This document shows positions 47,071 through 56,311 of a DNA stretch of 64,000 nt, in pieces (the stretch's first letter is position 1; each line of letters begins with the position of its first letter). A model generated the notes under the pieces. The model saw only the letters and a list, made by a program, of their open reading frames with translations. It did no database searches and had not been told where the DNA came from. The stretch spans positions 3,296,001-3,360,000 of the forward strand of contig OZ242011.1 of the NCBI GenBank assembly GCA_965204755.1. The letters are read 5' to 3'. The translations under genes and the position numbers were made by a program. The DNA is from Candidatus Marinacidobacterium sp. GTDB lineage: Bacteria > Acidobacteriota > Vicinamibacteria > Marinacidobacterales > Marinacidobacteraceae.

Positions 47071-47669
47071 ATCGAGATCCGCCTCGCCCCCGGCGCGGAG
47101 GCGGCGGCGGTGGCGGAGGCGCTCCGCGGGCGGTTCCCCGGCGTCCGGGTGGCCGAGCCCTCGACCCTGCGCCGGGAAGGCGCCGACCTCTTCGCCGCCT
47201 TCCGGCTGAACCTGACCGCGCTCTCCGCGGTCAGCCTGCTGGTCGGCGCGTTCCTGGTGTACGCCAGCGTCCGCGCCGGACTGGCCGCCCGGCGCCGCGA
47301 GATCGGGCTCTACCGGGCGCTCGGCGCCCCCGCCGGGAGCGTGGGCGCGGCGCTCGCCGGGGAAGTCGCGCTCGCCGCGCTGCTCGGCGGGGCGGTCGGG
47401 CTCCCGCTGGGGCTGGCCGCCGCCCGCGCCGGGCTCGACCGGGTGAGCGCCACGATGACCAACTTCTACCTCCTCGAGCGGATCGAGGAACTGGCGGTCA
47501 CTCCCGGCGTCCTCACCGCTTCGCTCGCGGTCGGCCTCGCCGCCGCGCTGGCCGGCGCCTGGCCGGAGATCCGCTCGGAGATCCGCCGGCCCCCGGTCTC
47601 GCTGCTCGCCCCGGGGCGCGAGCCGCCCGGCGGCGGCCGCCGGCCCTACGCCGCCGCGGCGTTCGGCGT
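47071..47669 (+). repeat. ~600-bp direct repeat, right copy (target duplication)
   Basis: appears identical to 44560-45158. Confidence 0.92.
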
Positions 47670-49017
47670 CCTGCTCGTCGGCCTCTCGGCGCTGCCGCTG
47701 CTCTTTCCCGGCGAAGCGCGGTTCTCGCTCGGCGGGGGCTTCCCGGCGGCGGGGGCGCTGGTGGTCGGGGCGGCGCTCCTGCCCGCCGGGGCGCTCTCGC
47801 TGTTCGGGCCGCGCCTCCGCCGGTTCGGGCATCGCTCGGCCTTCGGCCGGGGCGCGGCGGCGGCGCTGCGGGAGCCCTCGGCGACCGCCCCGGCGGCGGC
47901 GGCGCTGGTGGTGGCGGTGACCATGCTGGTCGGGGTTACCGCGCTGGTCGCCAGTTTCCGGACGACCCTGGAGACCTGGCTCGAAGAGACGCTGGCGGCG
48001 GACATCTATGTGTCCCGGTTCGGGAACCTGGGCGGCGGCGTGGCCGAGCGGCTGCCGCTTCCGCCGGAGGCGCTCGCCGCCGTCGAGGGCGACCCGGCGG
48101 TGGAGCACCGGGACTTCCTGCGCGGCGTCCGGGTCCACCTCGCCGGCCGCCCGGTGGCGGTGAACGGGATCGAGATCCGGGTGCCGCGCTCCACCGAGCG
48201 GTTCTCGCTGGTGGGCGGCGGCGAAGCGCCGATGGAGGAGTTGGTCGAGGGGGCGGTCCTCGTCTCCGAAGTGCTGGCGCGGCGGCTGGGGCTCGCCGCC
48301 GGCGGGCGGCTGGAACTCCCGACCGCGGCGGGGCCGGTGTCCGCGCCGGTGGCCGGGGTGTACCGGGACTACGGGAACCAGACCGGGGCGCTGTTCCTCG
48401 ACGGGAGGCGGCTCGACCGGCTCTACCCGCCGCCGCGCTCCCCGGACGATCCGGCGGCGCCCCCGCCGGTGCACGGGGCGGCGCTCTACCTGCGTCCCGG
48501 CGAGGAGGCGGCGGCGGTGGCGGCGCGGCTCCGCGCTGTCGTGCCGGACGGGGTCGGCGTGGTGGACCGGGGGGCGCTCCGGGGGGCCGCGGCGCGCGTC
48601 TTCGACCAGACGATGGCGGTGACGCGGCTTCTCCGCGCCTTCGCGCTCGGGATCGCGGCGCTCGGGGTGTCCGTGCTGTTGTTGACGATGGCGCGGGAGC
48701 GGGCGGCGGAGATCGCGCTGCTCCGGGCGCTCGGGGCCGACTCGGCGCAGGCGGGGGCCGGGTTCCTCGGGCGGGGGGCGCTCATCGGGCTGGCCGCGCT
48801 GGCGCTCGGCGGGAGCGCGGGCGCCCTGCTCGCGGTGCTGCTGGTCGAAGTCGTGAACCCGGCCTGGTTCGGGTGGTCGCTCCAACTGTCCTGGCCGCTG
48901 GGGCCGCTCTTCTGGCAAGGGGTGTTGGTCCTCGCGGCGGGGCTCGCCGCCGCCGCGCTGCCGGCGCGGCTGGCCGCCCGGAGCGGCGGCGCGGCGGCGC
49001 TCCGGGAGGAAGTGTGA
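47110..49017 (+). CDS. FtsX/MacB-like ABC permease, 3' part (open frame from a GTG inside the duplication)
   Basis: two FtsX-type segments (RRREIGLYRALGA, ERAAEIALLRALGA), VNPAWFGWSL, AAALREE. Confidence 0.75.
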   Translation: MAEALRGRFPGVRVAEPSTLRREGADLFAAFRLNLTALSAVSLLVGAFLVYASVRAGLAARRREIGLYRALGAPAGSVGAALAGEVALAALLGGAVGLPLGLAAARAGLDRVSATMTNFYLLERIEELAVTPGVLTASLAVGLAAALAGAWPEIRSEIRRPPVSLLAPGREPPGGGRRPYAAAAFGVLLVGLSALPLLFPGEARFSLGGGFPAAGALVVGAALLPAGALSLFGPRLRRFGHRSAFGRGAAAALREPSATAPAAAALVVAVTMLVGVTALVASFRTTLETWLEETLAADIYVSRFGNLGGGVAERLPLPPEALAAVEGDPAVEHRDFLRGVRVHLAGRPVAVNGIEIRVPRSTERFSLVGGGEAPMEELVEGAVLVSEVLARRLGLAAGGRLELPTAAGPVSAPVAGVYRDYGNQTGALFLDGRRLDRLYPPPRSPDDPAAPPPVHGAALYLRPGEEAAAVAARLRAVVPDGVGVVDRGALRGAAARVFDQTMAVTRLLRAFALGIAALGVSVLLLTMARERAAEIALLRALGADSAQAGAGFLGRGALIGLAALALGGSAGALLAVLLVEVVNPAWFGWSLQLSWPLGPLFWQGVLVLAAGLAAAALPARLAARSGGAAALREEV

Positions 49018-51158
49018 GGTCGGGCGGGCTCCGGCGGGCGCTGCTCGCGGGGGCGGCCGCCTGGGCGGCGGGCGCGGCGTGGGGGGCGGTTTCGCAACCC
49101 GCGGGCGGTTCGGAGTGGGCGCCGGCGGTTCGCGGCTACGACTGGGAGTTCCCCCGGGACCACTGGCGGCACGACGGGTACTCGACCGAGTGGTGGTACT
49201 TCGTGGGGTTCGCGGACGGGGCGGACGGGCGGCGGTTCTTCTACCAATTCACCCTGTTCCGGGGCGGCCTCACGCCCTCCGCGCCTGACCCCGCGCCGTC
49301 CCCGTGGGGCGCCCGCTACGCGGCGATGGGGCATGCCGCGGTCGCCGACGCCGGGACCGGGGAGCGGGTGTTCGTCCAAGTCGCCCACCGGGAGGCGCCC
49401 GGTCTCGCGGAGTTCGGTGAGTTCGGCGGAGTCGGGGACGGGGACGGGGACGGGGAGATCGGCTCGCTGCCGGGGCCGACCGGGACCTCCGCCCGGTGGC
49501 GCCTGGAGTTCGCGGACGGGGCGTTCCGGTTCACCGCCGGGAGCGCCGCGCCGGGGTTCCTCCTCGATCTGGTGGCGGAGCCGACCAGGCCGCCGCTCTT
49601 CCACGGGGAGGGCGGCTACTCGGAGAAGTCCCCCGGCGGCGCGGCGAGCCTCTACTACAGCCATCCCCGGCTCCGGGTGCGCGGCCGGATCGGCCTCGGG
49701 GGCTCGGCCACCGAAGTCGAGGGGGACGGCTGGCTCGACCGGGAGTTCGGGACCGCCTGGCTCACGCCGGAGCAGGCGGGGTGGGACTGGTTCGGGCTGA
49801 CCCTCGACGACGGGCGCGACCTGATGCTCTACCTGCTGCGGACGGCGGACGGGCGGCTCTCCCACGCCGACGGGACCCTGCGGGACGCGGGCGGGGAGGT
49901 CCGTCGGATCGCCGCCGGCGGGATGTCCGTCGAAGCCCTCTCGTCCTTCACGCCGCCGGAACTCGGGCGGGAGGGCCGCCCCTACCCGGCGCGGTGGCGC
50001 GTCCGCATCCCGGCGGAGGGGCTCGACCTCCTGGTGGAACCCCTCCTCGCCGATCAGGAGAACCGCCGGGAGAACCGCCGGGGGCCGGCGATGCCCGGCC
50101 CGGACATCCCCTACTGGGAGGGCGCAGTGCGCGTCGGCAGGGCCGGGGAGGAGGCGGGTCGGGGCTTCGTGGAACTCACCGGCTACCGCCGCCCCTTCCG
50201 CGCACCCGGGCTCGCCCCGCCGTCGGCGGGCCGCCGAGACGACTCGCGGCCCGCCGGCCGGGTCTCACATCCCGGTCAGGCGCCCCGCGATCTTGTAGCA
50301 CCGGAAGATGATGTGCCAGGACACCGCGACCACCACCAGCCAGAACACCCAGTAGTAGTCGCCGGGGATCAGGTAGTTGCCCCCGAAGAACGGGGTGGCG
50401 TGCTCGTTCGCCATCGCCCACAGGAGCGGCAGCGACATGTAGGTGTTGTGCTTCGACCGCAGGCCGGCGAGGGCCGGGTCCGCCGGATCCGGGGCCTTGC
50501 CCGCCTTGACCGCCGCGATGATCCGCTGCTGCGCCGGCCAGATGCGGAACCAGACATTGAAGGCCATCATCGTCCCGAACATGGCGCCGGTGTGGATCAG
50601 CACCGCCCGGGGCTGGAACCCGCCCCAGTACACATAGAGCGCGACGGTGAGCGAGAGCATCGCGAAGGACACGACGGTCGCCGCCCGCACATTCGAGGCG
50701 AGCGCGCTCTTCCACAGGCCGTCGTAGGAGAACACCGCGGTGAAGGTCAGGACGACCATGAAGATCGCCCCGAGGCCCCACTCTTCGCCCAGGTCGAGCG
50801 TCAGGCCGCCGTGGTAGAAGACGAGGAGGACCAGCAGGAACCCGGTGATCCAGGTCCAGGCCGCGCCCCAGCGGAACCAGTAGAGCGCCCGGGGCATGAG
50901 TTCGGGCACCACCTTCTGCTTGGTGGGCCCGTCCAACTTCGCGGCCATCTGGCCGTTGACGAAGTTGAAGAAGTAGAGGTGGCCGATCCACAGGATCCCC
51001 ACGAAGATGTGGAGCCAGCGGATCACGAAGGTCAGGCCGTCCATGCTCTCGGTTCCTTCCCGGGCGCGCCGGGGCGCCCGATCTCCGATTCTACCGACGG
51101 GGGGCGGCGGGAGACGCCGCGCCGCCGCTCGACCGGAGGGAGCCGACGACGGCGATGA
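49014..51158 (+). CDS. AttH/CrtC-like lipocalin-fold protein; domain ends near 50190 but no in-frame stop until 51158
   Basis: FPRDHWRH...TEWWY, YYSHPRL, WLDREF, GWDWF, YPARW, YWEG, GFVELTGY; GTGA overlap with the permease stop. Confidence 0.75.
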   Translation: MRSGGLRRALLAGAAAWAAGAAWGAVSQPAGGSEWAPAVRGYDWEFPRDHWRHDGYSTEWWYFVGFADGADGRRFFYQFTLFRGGLTPSAPDPAPSPWGARYAAMGHAAVADAGTGERVFVQVAHREAPGLAEFGEFGGVGDGDGDGEIGSLPGPTGTSARWRLEFADGAFRFTAGSAAPGFLLDLVAEPTRPPLFHGEGGYSEKSPGGAASLYYSHPRLRVRGRIGLGGSATEVEGDGWLDREFGTAWLTPEQAGWDWFGLTLDDGRDLMLYLLRTADGRLSHADGTLRDAGGEVRRIAAGGMSVEALSSFTPPELGREGRPYPARWRVRIPAEGLDLLVEPLLADQENRRENRRGPAMPGPDIPYWEGAVRVGRAGEEAGRGFVELTGYRRPFRAPGLAPPSAGRRDDSRPAGRVSHPGQAPRDLVAPEDDVPGHRDHHQPEHPVVVAGDQVVAPEERGGVLVRHRPQERQRHVGVVLRPQAGEGRVRRIRGLARLDRRDDPLLRRPDAEPDIEGHHRPEHGAGVDQHRPGLEPAPVHIERDGEREHREGHDGRRPHIRGERALPQAVVGEHRGEGQDDHEDRPEAPLFAQVERQAAVVEDEEDQQEPGDPGPGRAPAEPVERPGHEFGHHLLLGGPVQLRGHLAVDEVEEVEVADPQDPHEDVEPADHEGQAVHALGSFPGAPGRPISDSTDGGRRETPRRRSTGGSRRRR
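50265..51044 (-). CDS. urate hydroxylase PuuD-like integral membrane protein
   Basis: RWLHIFVGILWIG..YFF, WFRW.A..TWITG, GTMMAFNVW..IWPAQ, RSKHNTY. Confidence 0.8.
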   Translation of the reverse strand: MDGLTFVIRWLHIFVGILWIGHLYFFNFVNGQMAAKLDGPTKQKVVPELMPRALYWFRWGAAWTWITGFLLVLLVFYHGGLTLDLGEEWGLGAIFMVVLTFTAVFSYDGLWKSALASNVRAATVVSFAMLSLTVALYVYWGGFQPRAVLIHTGAMFGTMMAFNVWFRIWPAQQRIIAAVKAGKAPDPADPALAGLRSKHNTYMSLPLLWAMANEHATPFFGGNYLIPGDYYWVFWLVVVAVSWHIIFRCYKIAGRLTGM

Positions 51159-52563
51159 GGGTGTTCAGCGCGGCGCCGAAGAGCCCGGCGTGGATCCCGA
51201 AGAGGCGCCCGTGGCCGGCGAGGATCAGCCCCGCCGCCAGCGCGGTTCCGGCGAGCAGGCCCCAAAACGCCGCGTCCGCCCGCAGCCTCGGCCAGGCCAG
51301 CCCCAGGAAGAAGACCGGCGCGGCCTGCACCAGCAGGTCCATCTTGAGTTCGAGGAGCCCCCAGAGGCTGATCCGGGGGGTGAGCGCGACCCCGGCGAGG
51401 ACCGTCATCACCGCGATCGCGGTCCACTTCCCGATCCGGGTGATGCGCTCTTCGGCGGCTTCCCGCCCGCCGCGCCGCAGGAAGGGGGCGAGGAAGTCCT
51501 TCGCCAGCATCGAGGAGAGCGTGAGCAGCACCGAGTCGGCGGTGGACATGATCGCGGCGACCACGCCGACCACGGTGAGCACGCCGAGCCCGAACATCCA
51601 GCCGGACTCGTCCGCCCACCCGGCGAGGAGCGCCGGGAGCACCCGGTCCGCCGCCACCCCTTCGAGCCCGCCCAGCCGGGGCAGGGCCAGGATCCCGACG
51701 AAGAACACCGGCAGGGTGGTGAAGAAGGGCAGGAACGCCATCGCCGCCACCGCCTTCCGCAGCGCCGGGGTTCCCGAGGCGGCGAAGATGCGCTGGATCG
51801 CCTGCGGATAGACCGCCCCGGAGAAGCCGATGAGCAGGACGGTGCTGGCCCAGCCGGAGAGGACCGGCCCCGAGGGGCGGAGCGCCTTCGCCGGCTCGTT
51901 GGCCAGGATCCACTCCGCGGCCTCCCCCAGGTCGTGGCCGGTGAAGAGCGCCGCGCCGAGCAGCCCGAAGAGGCCGACCGCGAGCAGGATCCCCTGCAGG
52001 CAGTCCGTCCAGGCGACGGCGCGGAGGCCGCCCAGCAGTTCGTAGCCGAGGATGGCGGCGGCGAGCACCGCCACGCCGGCGGCGTAGGGGACTTCGCCGC
52101 CGGAGAGCCCTTCCACCACATGCCCCATCGCCATGAGTTGGGCGAGCAGGTAGTTGACGATCGCCGCGGTCATGATCGCCGTCGCCGCCAGGGTGAGCCG
52201 GCGGGAGCGGAACCGCCAGTCGAGGTAGTCCGCCGGCGTGACGAAGCCGCGCCGCTCCGAGGCGGCCCGGAGGCGGGGGGCCATCACCAGATAGGCGGCG
52301 ACGATGGCGAGCATGAACCCGACGCTCATCACCCAGGGGTAGCCGACGCGGTAGGCCTCGCCGGGGTAGCCGACCAGCGTGTTCCCGCTGTACTGGGTGG
52401 CGTAGAGCGTGAACAGCAGGACCACGCCGCCGAGGCTGCGGCCGGCGAGGTAGAAGTCGGCGAGCGACTCCGACTTCCGGGCGGCGCGCGCCCGGAGGCC
52501 GAGGAACGCCAGGACCGCGAGGTAGCCGGCGATCCCGGCCACCGCGGCCGCGGTGAAACTCAC
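51091..52563 (-). CDS. sodium:solute symporter family protein
   Basis: DFYLAGRSLG, YSGNT.VG.PG, GGLRAVAWTD, AAIMSTADS; multiple TMs; GTGA overlap start. Confidence 0.9.
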   Translation of the reverse strand: MSFTAAAVAGIAGYLAVLAFLGLRARAARKSESLADFYLAGRSLGGVVLLFTLYATQYSGNTLVGYPGEAYRVGYPWVMSVGFMLAIVAAYLVMAPRLRAASERRGFVTPADYLDWRFRSRRLTLAATAIMTAAIVNYLLAQLMAMGHVVEGLSGGEVPYAAGVAVLAAAILGYELLGGLRAVAWTDCLQGILLAVGLFGLLGAALFTGHDLGEAAEWILANEPAKALRPSGPVLSGWASTVLLIGFSGAVYPQAIQRIFAASGTPALRKAVAAMAFLPFFTTLPVFFVGILALPRLGGLEGVAADRVLPALLAGWADESGWMFGLGVLTVVGVVAAIMSTADSVLLTLSSMLAKDFLAPFLRRGGREAAEERITRIGKWTAIAVMTVLAGVALTPRISLWGLLELKMDLLVQAAPVFFLGLAWPRLRADAAFWGLLAGTALAAGLILAGHGRLFGIHAGLFGAALNTLIAVVGSLRSSGGAASPAAPRR

Positions 52564-52871
52564 GCTCGGCCGGGCCGGTCGTCCGGCGCGGTCCCGGCGG
52601 CTCGTTCGGGCGGGTCCCCGCCGGGGGCGTCCGGGGCGTCCGCCGGGTCGTCGCTCCACCGGCGGAGCGCGAGGAACGCGGTCAGGACGCTGATCGCGAA
52701 GGTGAATCCCAGCGAGGCCAGCGCCCAGGCGGGCATCCCCAGCCGGATCGCGGGGGCGCCGCCGCCCGCCCACCACGGGATGGAGAGGGCGTAGAGGACG
52801 ACGACCAGCGCGAGCAGCCGCGGCGAGTCCAAGGGCTCCCGCCGGGGGCGGTCGGGGACCGGTTCGGGCAC
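52560..52871 (-). CDS. small 2-TM partner protein of the symporter
   Basis: LSIPWW...LGMPAW; typical position upstream of an SSS gene. Confidence 0.7.
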   Translation of the reverse strand: MPEPVPDRPRREPLDSPRLLALVVVLYALSIPWWAGGGAPAIRLGMPAWALASLGFTFAISVLTAFLALRRWSDDPADAPDAPGGDPPERAAGTAPDDRPGRA

Positions 52872-53135
52872 GGCGGCGACTCTACCCGCCGGCGGCGACT
52901 CCTACCCGCCGGCGGCGACTCCTGCCCGCCGGCGGCGAAGGTCGTGGGCCGTCGTTTCGGGGCTGCGAGAATCCGACGCCGACCGGGACCGACCGACGCC
53001 GACGGACGCCGACCGACGCCGGGCCGTCTCCGGTGACCGGCGCGCTGTCCGGCGCGCTGTCCGGCGCCCTGTCCGACTCGCTGTCCGGCGCGCGCTCCCA
53101 TTCCTTCCCGACGCCCCCCTCGGAGAACCGAAACG

Positions 53136-54410
53136 ATGAACACTCACCCGCCGACCCGCTCCTTCCCGCTGCTTCCCGCCGCGCTCGCCGCCGCCTTCGC
53201 CCTGTGCGCCGCTCCGGCCATCTCCGGCGGGAGCGCGCAGTCGGCCGGGCCCGACCTCGCGGTCGTCGGCGGGCAGGTGCTCGATGTCCGGGCCGGGACC
53301 TTCTCCCGCGCCGAGGTCCTCATCGCCGACGGACGGATCACCGCGGTCGCGGAGGGCGCGGAAGTCCCGGAGGGGATCCCGGTCGTCGAGGCCGACGGGC
53401 GGTTCGTCCTGCCGGGGCTCATCGACGCCCACACGCACGCGGACCGGCTCTCGCAGGTGCGGCGCGCCCTGGAGTCGGGGGCGACCACGCTGCGGAGCGC
53501 GAGCGTCGGCTCCTACCGGGATGTGGCCATCGGCCGGCTGGTCAGCGAAGGGTTCCTCGCGGGGCCGGACTACCTCGGTGCCGGGGTGTTCGTCACGCCG
53601 AACCTCGGCGAAGCGCGGCTGGCGTCGGAGAGCCTCTTCGGGATGTCCGGCGCCGTCGAGAGCGAGGAGGACCTCCGGCTGCTCGTCCGGGTGAACGCCG
53701 AAAACGGCGTCCGCGCCGTCAAGACCCGCGCCACCGAACGCGCCGGGCTCCCCGACACCGACCCGCGGAAGCAGGTGTTCACCGAGTCGCAGTTGCGGGC
53801 GATCGTCGAGGAGGCGGCGGCGCTGGGCATCCCGGTGCTCTGCCACGCCCACGGCGACGAGGGCGCCCGCGCCGCGGTGCTCGCCGGGGTCGCCAGCATC
53901 GAGCACGGCACCTTCCTGACCGAGGAGACGCTGCGGCTCATGGCGGAGCGCGGCACGGCGCTCGTGCCGACCTACACCACGCTGGTGGACCTCGACGAAC
54001 CGGGCGGCGACTACGACCACCCGGTGCTGACGCTCCGCGCCGACTTCATGGTGCCGCGGATGGTGGAGACCCTGCGGATGGCGCGCGAGATCGGCGTCCG
54101 GGTGGTCGCCGGCAGCGACACCTCCTACGACCCGGAGAGCGTGAGCCGCGTCGGCGTGGAAGTCGCCAACTTCGCGAAGTTGGGCTTCTCCCCCATCGAG
54201 GCGATCCGCAGCGCCACCCTCTACGCCGCCGAGTTGCTGCGGATCGAGGAAGACACGGGAACCATCGAACCGGGCAAGGAAGCCGACCTCATCGTGCTCG
54301 CGGAAAACCCGCTCGACCACCCCGCGGCCATCCAGGATGTGATCGCCGTCATCTCGAACGGCCGCATCGCCCTGAACCGCCTCCCCTTCACCGCCGAACC
54401 CGAGGAGTGA
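53136..54410 (+). CDS. exported metal-dependent amidohydrolase
   Basis: signal peptide, PGLIDAHTH, CHAHG, SIEHG, AGSD, GTIEPGKEADL. Confidence 0.9.
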   Translation: MNTHPPTRSFPLLPAALAAAFALCAAPAISGGSAQSAGPDLAVVGGQVLDVRAGTFSRAEVLIADGRITAVAEGAEVPEGIPVVEADGRFVLPGLIDAHTHADRLSQVRRALESGATTLRSASVGSYRDVAIGRLVSEGFLAGPDYLGAGVFVTPNLGEARLASESLFGMSGAVESEEDLRLLVRVNAENGVRAVKTRATERAGLPDTDPRKQVFTESQLRAIVEEAAALGIPVLCHAHGDEGARAAVLAGVASIEHGTFLTEETLRLMAERGTALVPTYTTLVDLDEPGGDYDHPVLTLRADFMVPRMVETLRMAREIGVRVVAGSDTSYDPESVSRVGVEVANFAKLGFSPIEAIRSATLYAAELLRIEEDTGTIEPGKEADLIVLAENPLDHPAAIQDVIAVISNGRIALNRLPFTAEPEE

Positions 54411-54514
54411 ATGCGGCCGGGCAGCCTGTCCCCGGCGCGCTACGCTCGGGTTTCGGAGGTGGTTCCGCGGACGGACCGGTTCGACGAAGCACCGCTCCGA
54501 AGGCGAGAAAACAC

Positions 54515-55072
54515 ATGGCTACGGATCCGCTTCCTCGGGAAGCCGTGCCGGACCGGTGGCACGAATTGCTGTTCGCGGTGCGGCGCTCCCGCCGCTACCA
54601 CATGCGCCGGGAGCAGTTCTTCGCCCGGTTCCACCGCCTCTTCGCCTTCCTGATGGCGGTCGGCGCATCGGCCGCCTTCGCCGCGGTCTTGGCGGATCTG
54701 CCGGTTGCCGCGTGGCTCGCCGGACCGGTGGCGTTCCTCGGCGTCACCGCGCTCGCGTCCGCGCCTTCCTCCAAGGCGCTGGAGCACAACGAACTCACGC
54801 GAGCGTTCACGAGGCTCGAGCGGAAGATGCGCGTTCCCGAGCCGCAGATCACCGAGGCGGCTCTCGCGGCGCTGGAGAGGCGCCGGCTGGAACTCGAAGT
54901 CCGTGAACCGCCGACGCTGCAGGTGCTCAACCTGATCTGCCACAACGAGGAAGTGCTTGCCGGCGGCTACGGACGCGAGCACTTCTTCGAGTTGCGGTGG
55001 TACCAGCGGCTCCTCGCGTCCCTGTTCGACCTTCGGTCGAGCACCTTCCAGCGGCCATCCAACGGCGGCTGA
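54515..55072 (+). CDS. 2-TM protein, SLATT-like
   Basis: RRSRRYH, two adjacent TMs, [12 protein letters not shown], helical tail with EPP. Confidence 0.6.
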   Translation: MATDPLPREAVPDRWHELLFAVRRSRRYHMRREQFFARFHRLFAFLMAVGASAAFAAVLADLPVAAWLAGPVAFLGVTALASAPSSKALEHNELTRAFTRLERKMRVPEPQITEAALAALERRRLELEVREPPTLQVLNLICHNEEVLAGGYGREHFFELRWYQRLLASLFDLRSSTFQRPSNGG

Positions 55073-55115
55073 ACCGGCGTCCGGCGGGGCGCGGCGGCCG
55101 TTTACACTCCGCCGC

Positions 55116-56291
55116 TTGCCCGAACACGACCTCCCGCTCAGGGACACCGAGACCCAGGCCGAGATCCGCCGGGCGGTCCGCGAATTCGCGGCCGCCGAGA
55201 TCCTGCCGCACGCGGCGGAGTGGGACGAGCGGGAGCGGTTCCCCGGCGAAGTCGTCCGCAAGTTGGGCGCTCTCGGCTTCCTCGGCCCGATCTTCCCGGA
55301 GGAATACGGCGGCGCCGGGTTCGGCTACGGCGAATACGCGGTCCTCGTCGAGGAACTCGCCCGCGCCGACGCCTCCGTCGCCATCACCGTGGCGGCGCAT
55401 GTCTCGCTCGCCGCGAACCACATCTACGAGCAGGGCACGGAGGACCAGAAACGGCGTTTCCTCGTCCCGCTGGCCTCCGGCGAGGCGCTCGGCGCCTGGA
55501 GCCTCACCGAGCCCGGCGCCGGGAGCGACGCCGCCGGGACCCGCACCACCGCCGTCCGGAACGGGGACGGCTGGGTGCTCAACGGCAGCAAGACCTTCAC
55601 CACGAACGGCTCCGTCGCCGACTACGCGGTCTGCATGGCCCTCACCGATCCCGCCCGGGGCGCCCGCGGCATCTCGGCGTTCCTCGTCGAGCGGGGGGCG
55701 CCGGGTTTCCGCGCCGGGCGGAAGGAGAAGAAGTTGGGGCACCGCGCCTCCGACACCTCCGAGATGGTCTTCGAGGACTGCCGGGTGCCCGCCGACCGGA
55801 TGCTCGGCGAACCCGGGTCGGGGTTCGCGGCGGCGATGAAGGTGCTGGACGGGGGCCGGATCAGCATCGCCGCGCTCTCGCTCGGCATCGCCCGGGCCGC
55901 CTACGAGCAGGCCGCCGCCTACGCCGGGGAGCGCCGGCAGTTCGACCGCCCCATCGGCGACTTCCAGGGGGTCCGCTTCCCGCTCGCCGACTGCGCGGTG
56001 GAGATCGAGGCGTCGCGGCTGCTCATCCAGCGCGCCGCCGCGCTCAAGGACAGCGGGGCGGCGACCACCACCGAGTCGGCGATGGCCAAACTCCACGCCA
56101 GCGAGACCGCCGTCCGGGTGACCAACCGGGCGGTGCAGATCCTGGGCGGCTACGGCTACACCCGCGAGTACCCGGTCGAGCGCTACCTCCGCGACGCCAA
56201 GTTGATGACCATCGGCGAAGGGACTTCGGAGATCCAGCGGCTGCTGATCGCCCGCAGCATCCTCGGCCGCGCCGGCGACGGCGCCGCGTAG
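55116..56291 (+). CDS. acyl-CoA dehydrogenase
   Basis: [55 protein letters not shown]. Confidence 0.93.
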   Translation: MPEHDLPLRDTETQAEIRRAVREFAAAEILPHAAEWDERERFPGEVVRKLGALGFLGPIFPEEYGGAGFGYGEYAVLVEELARADASVAITVAAHVSLAANHIYEQGTEDQKRRFLVPLASGEALGAWSLTEPGAGSDAAGTRTTAVRNGDGWVLNGSKTFTTNGSVADYAVCMALTDPARGARGISAFLVERGAPGFRAGRKEKKLGHRASDTSEMVFEDCRVPADRMLGEPGSGFAAAMKVLDGGRISIAALSLGIARAAYEQAAAYAGERRQFDRPIGDFQGVRFPLADCAVEIEASRLLIQRAAALKDSGAATTTESAMAKLHASETAVRVTNRAVQILGGYGYTREYPVERYLRDAKLMTIGEGTSEIQRLLIARSILGRAGDGAA

Positions 56292-56311
56292 CCTCCGGGG
56301 CGTCGGCGGCG

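Noticed and set aside
47007-49013. N-terminal part of the 1383-aa ORF
   Set aside because: Off-frame shadow of the permease; only the part from GTG 49014 is a recognisable protein.
52880-53095. Short tandem repeats (CCCGCCGGCGGCGACTCCT x3; CGGCGCGCTGTC x4), also at 39590-39640, 56538-56572 and 16238-16267
   Set aside because: Look like local slippage duplications common in this genome; no evidence of function.
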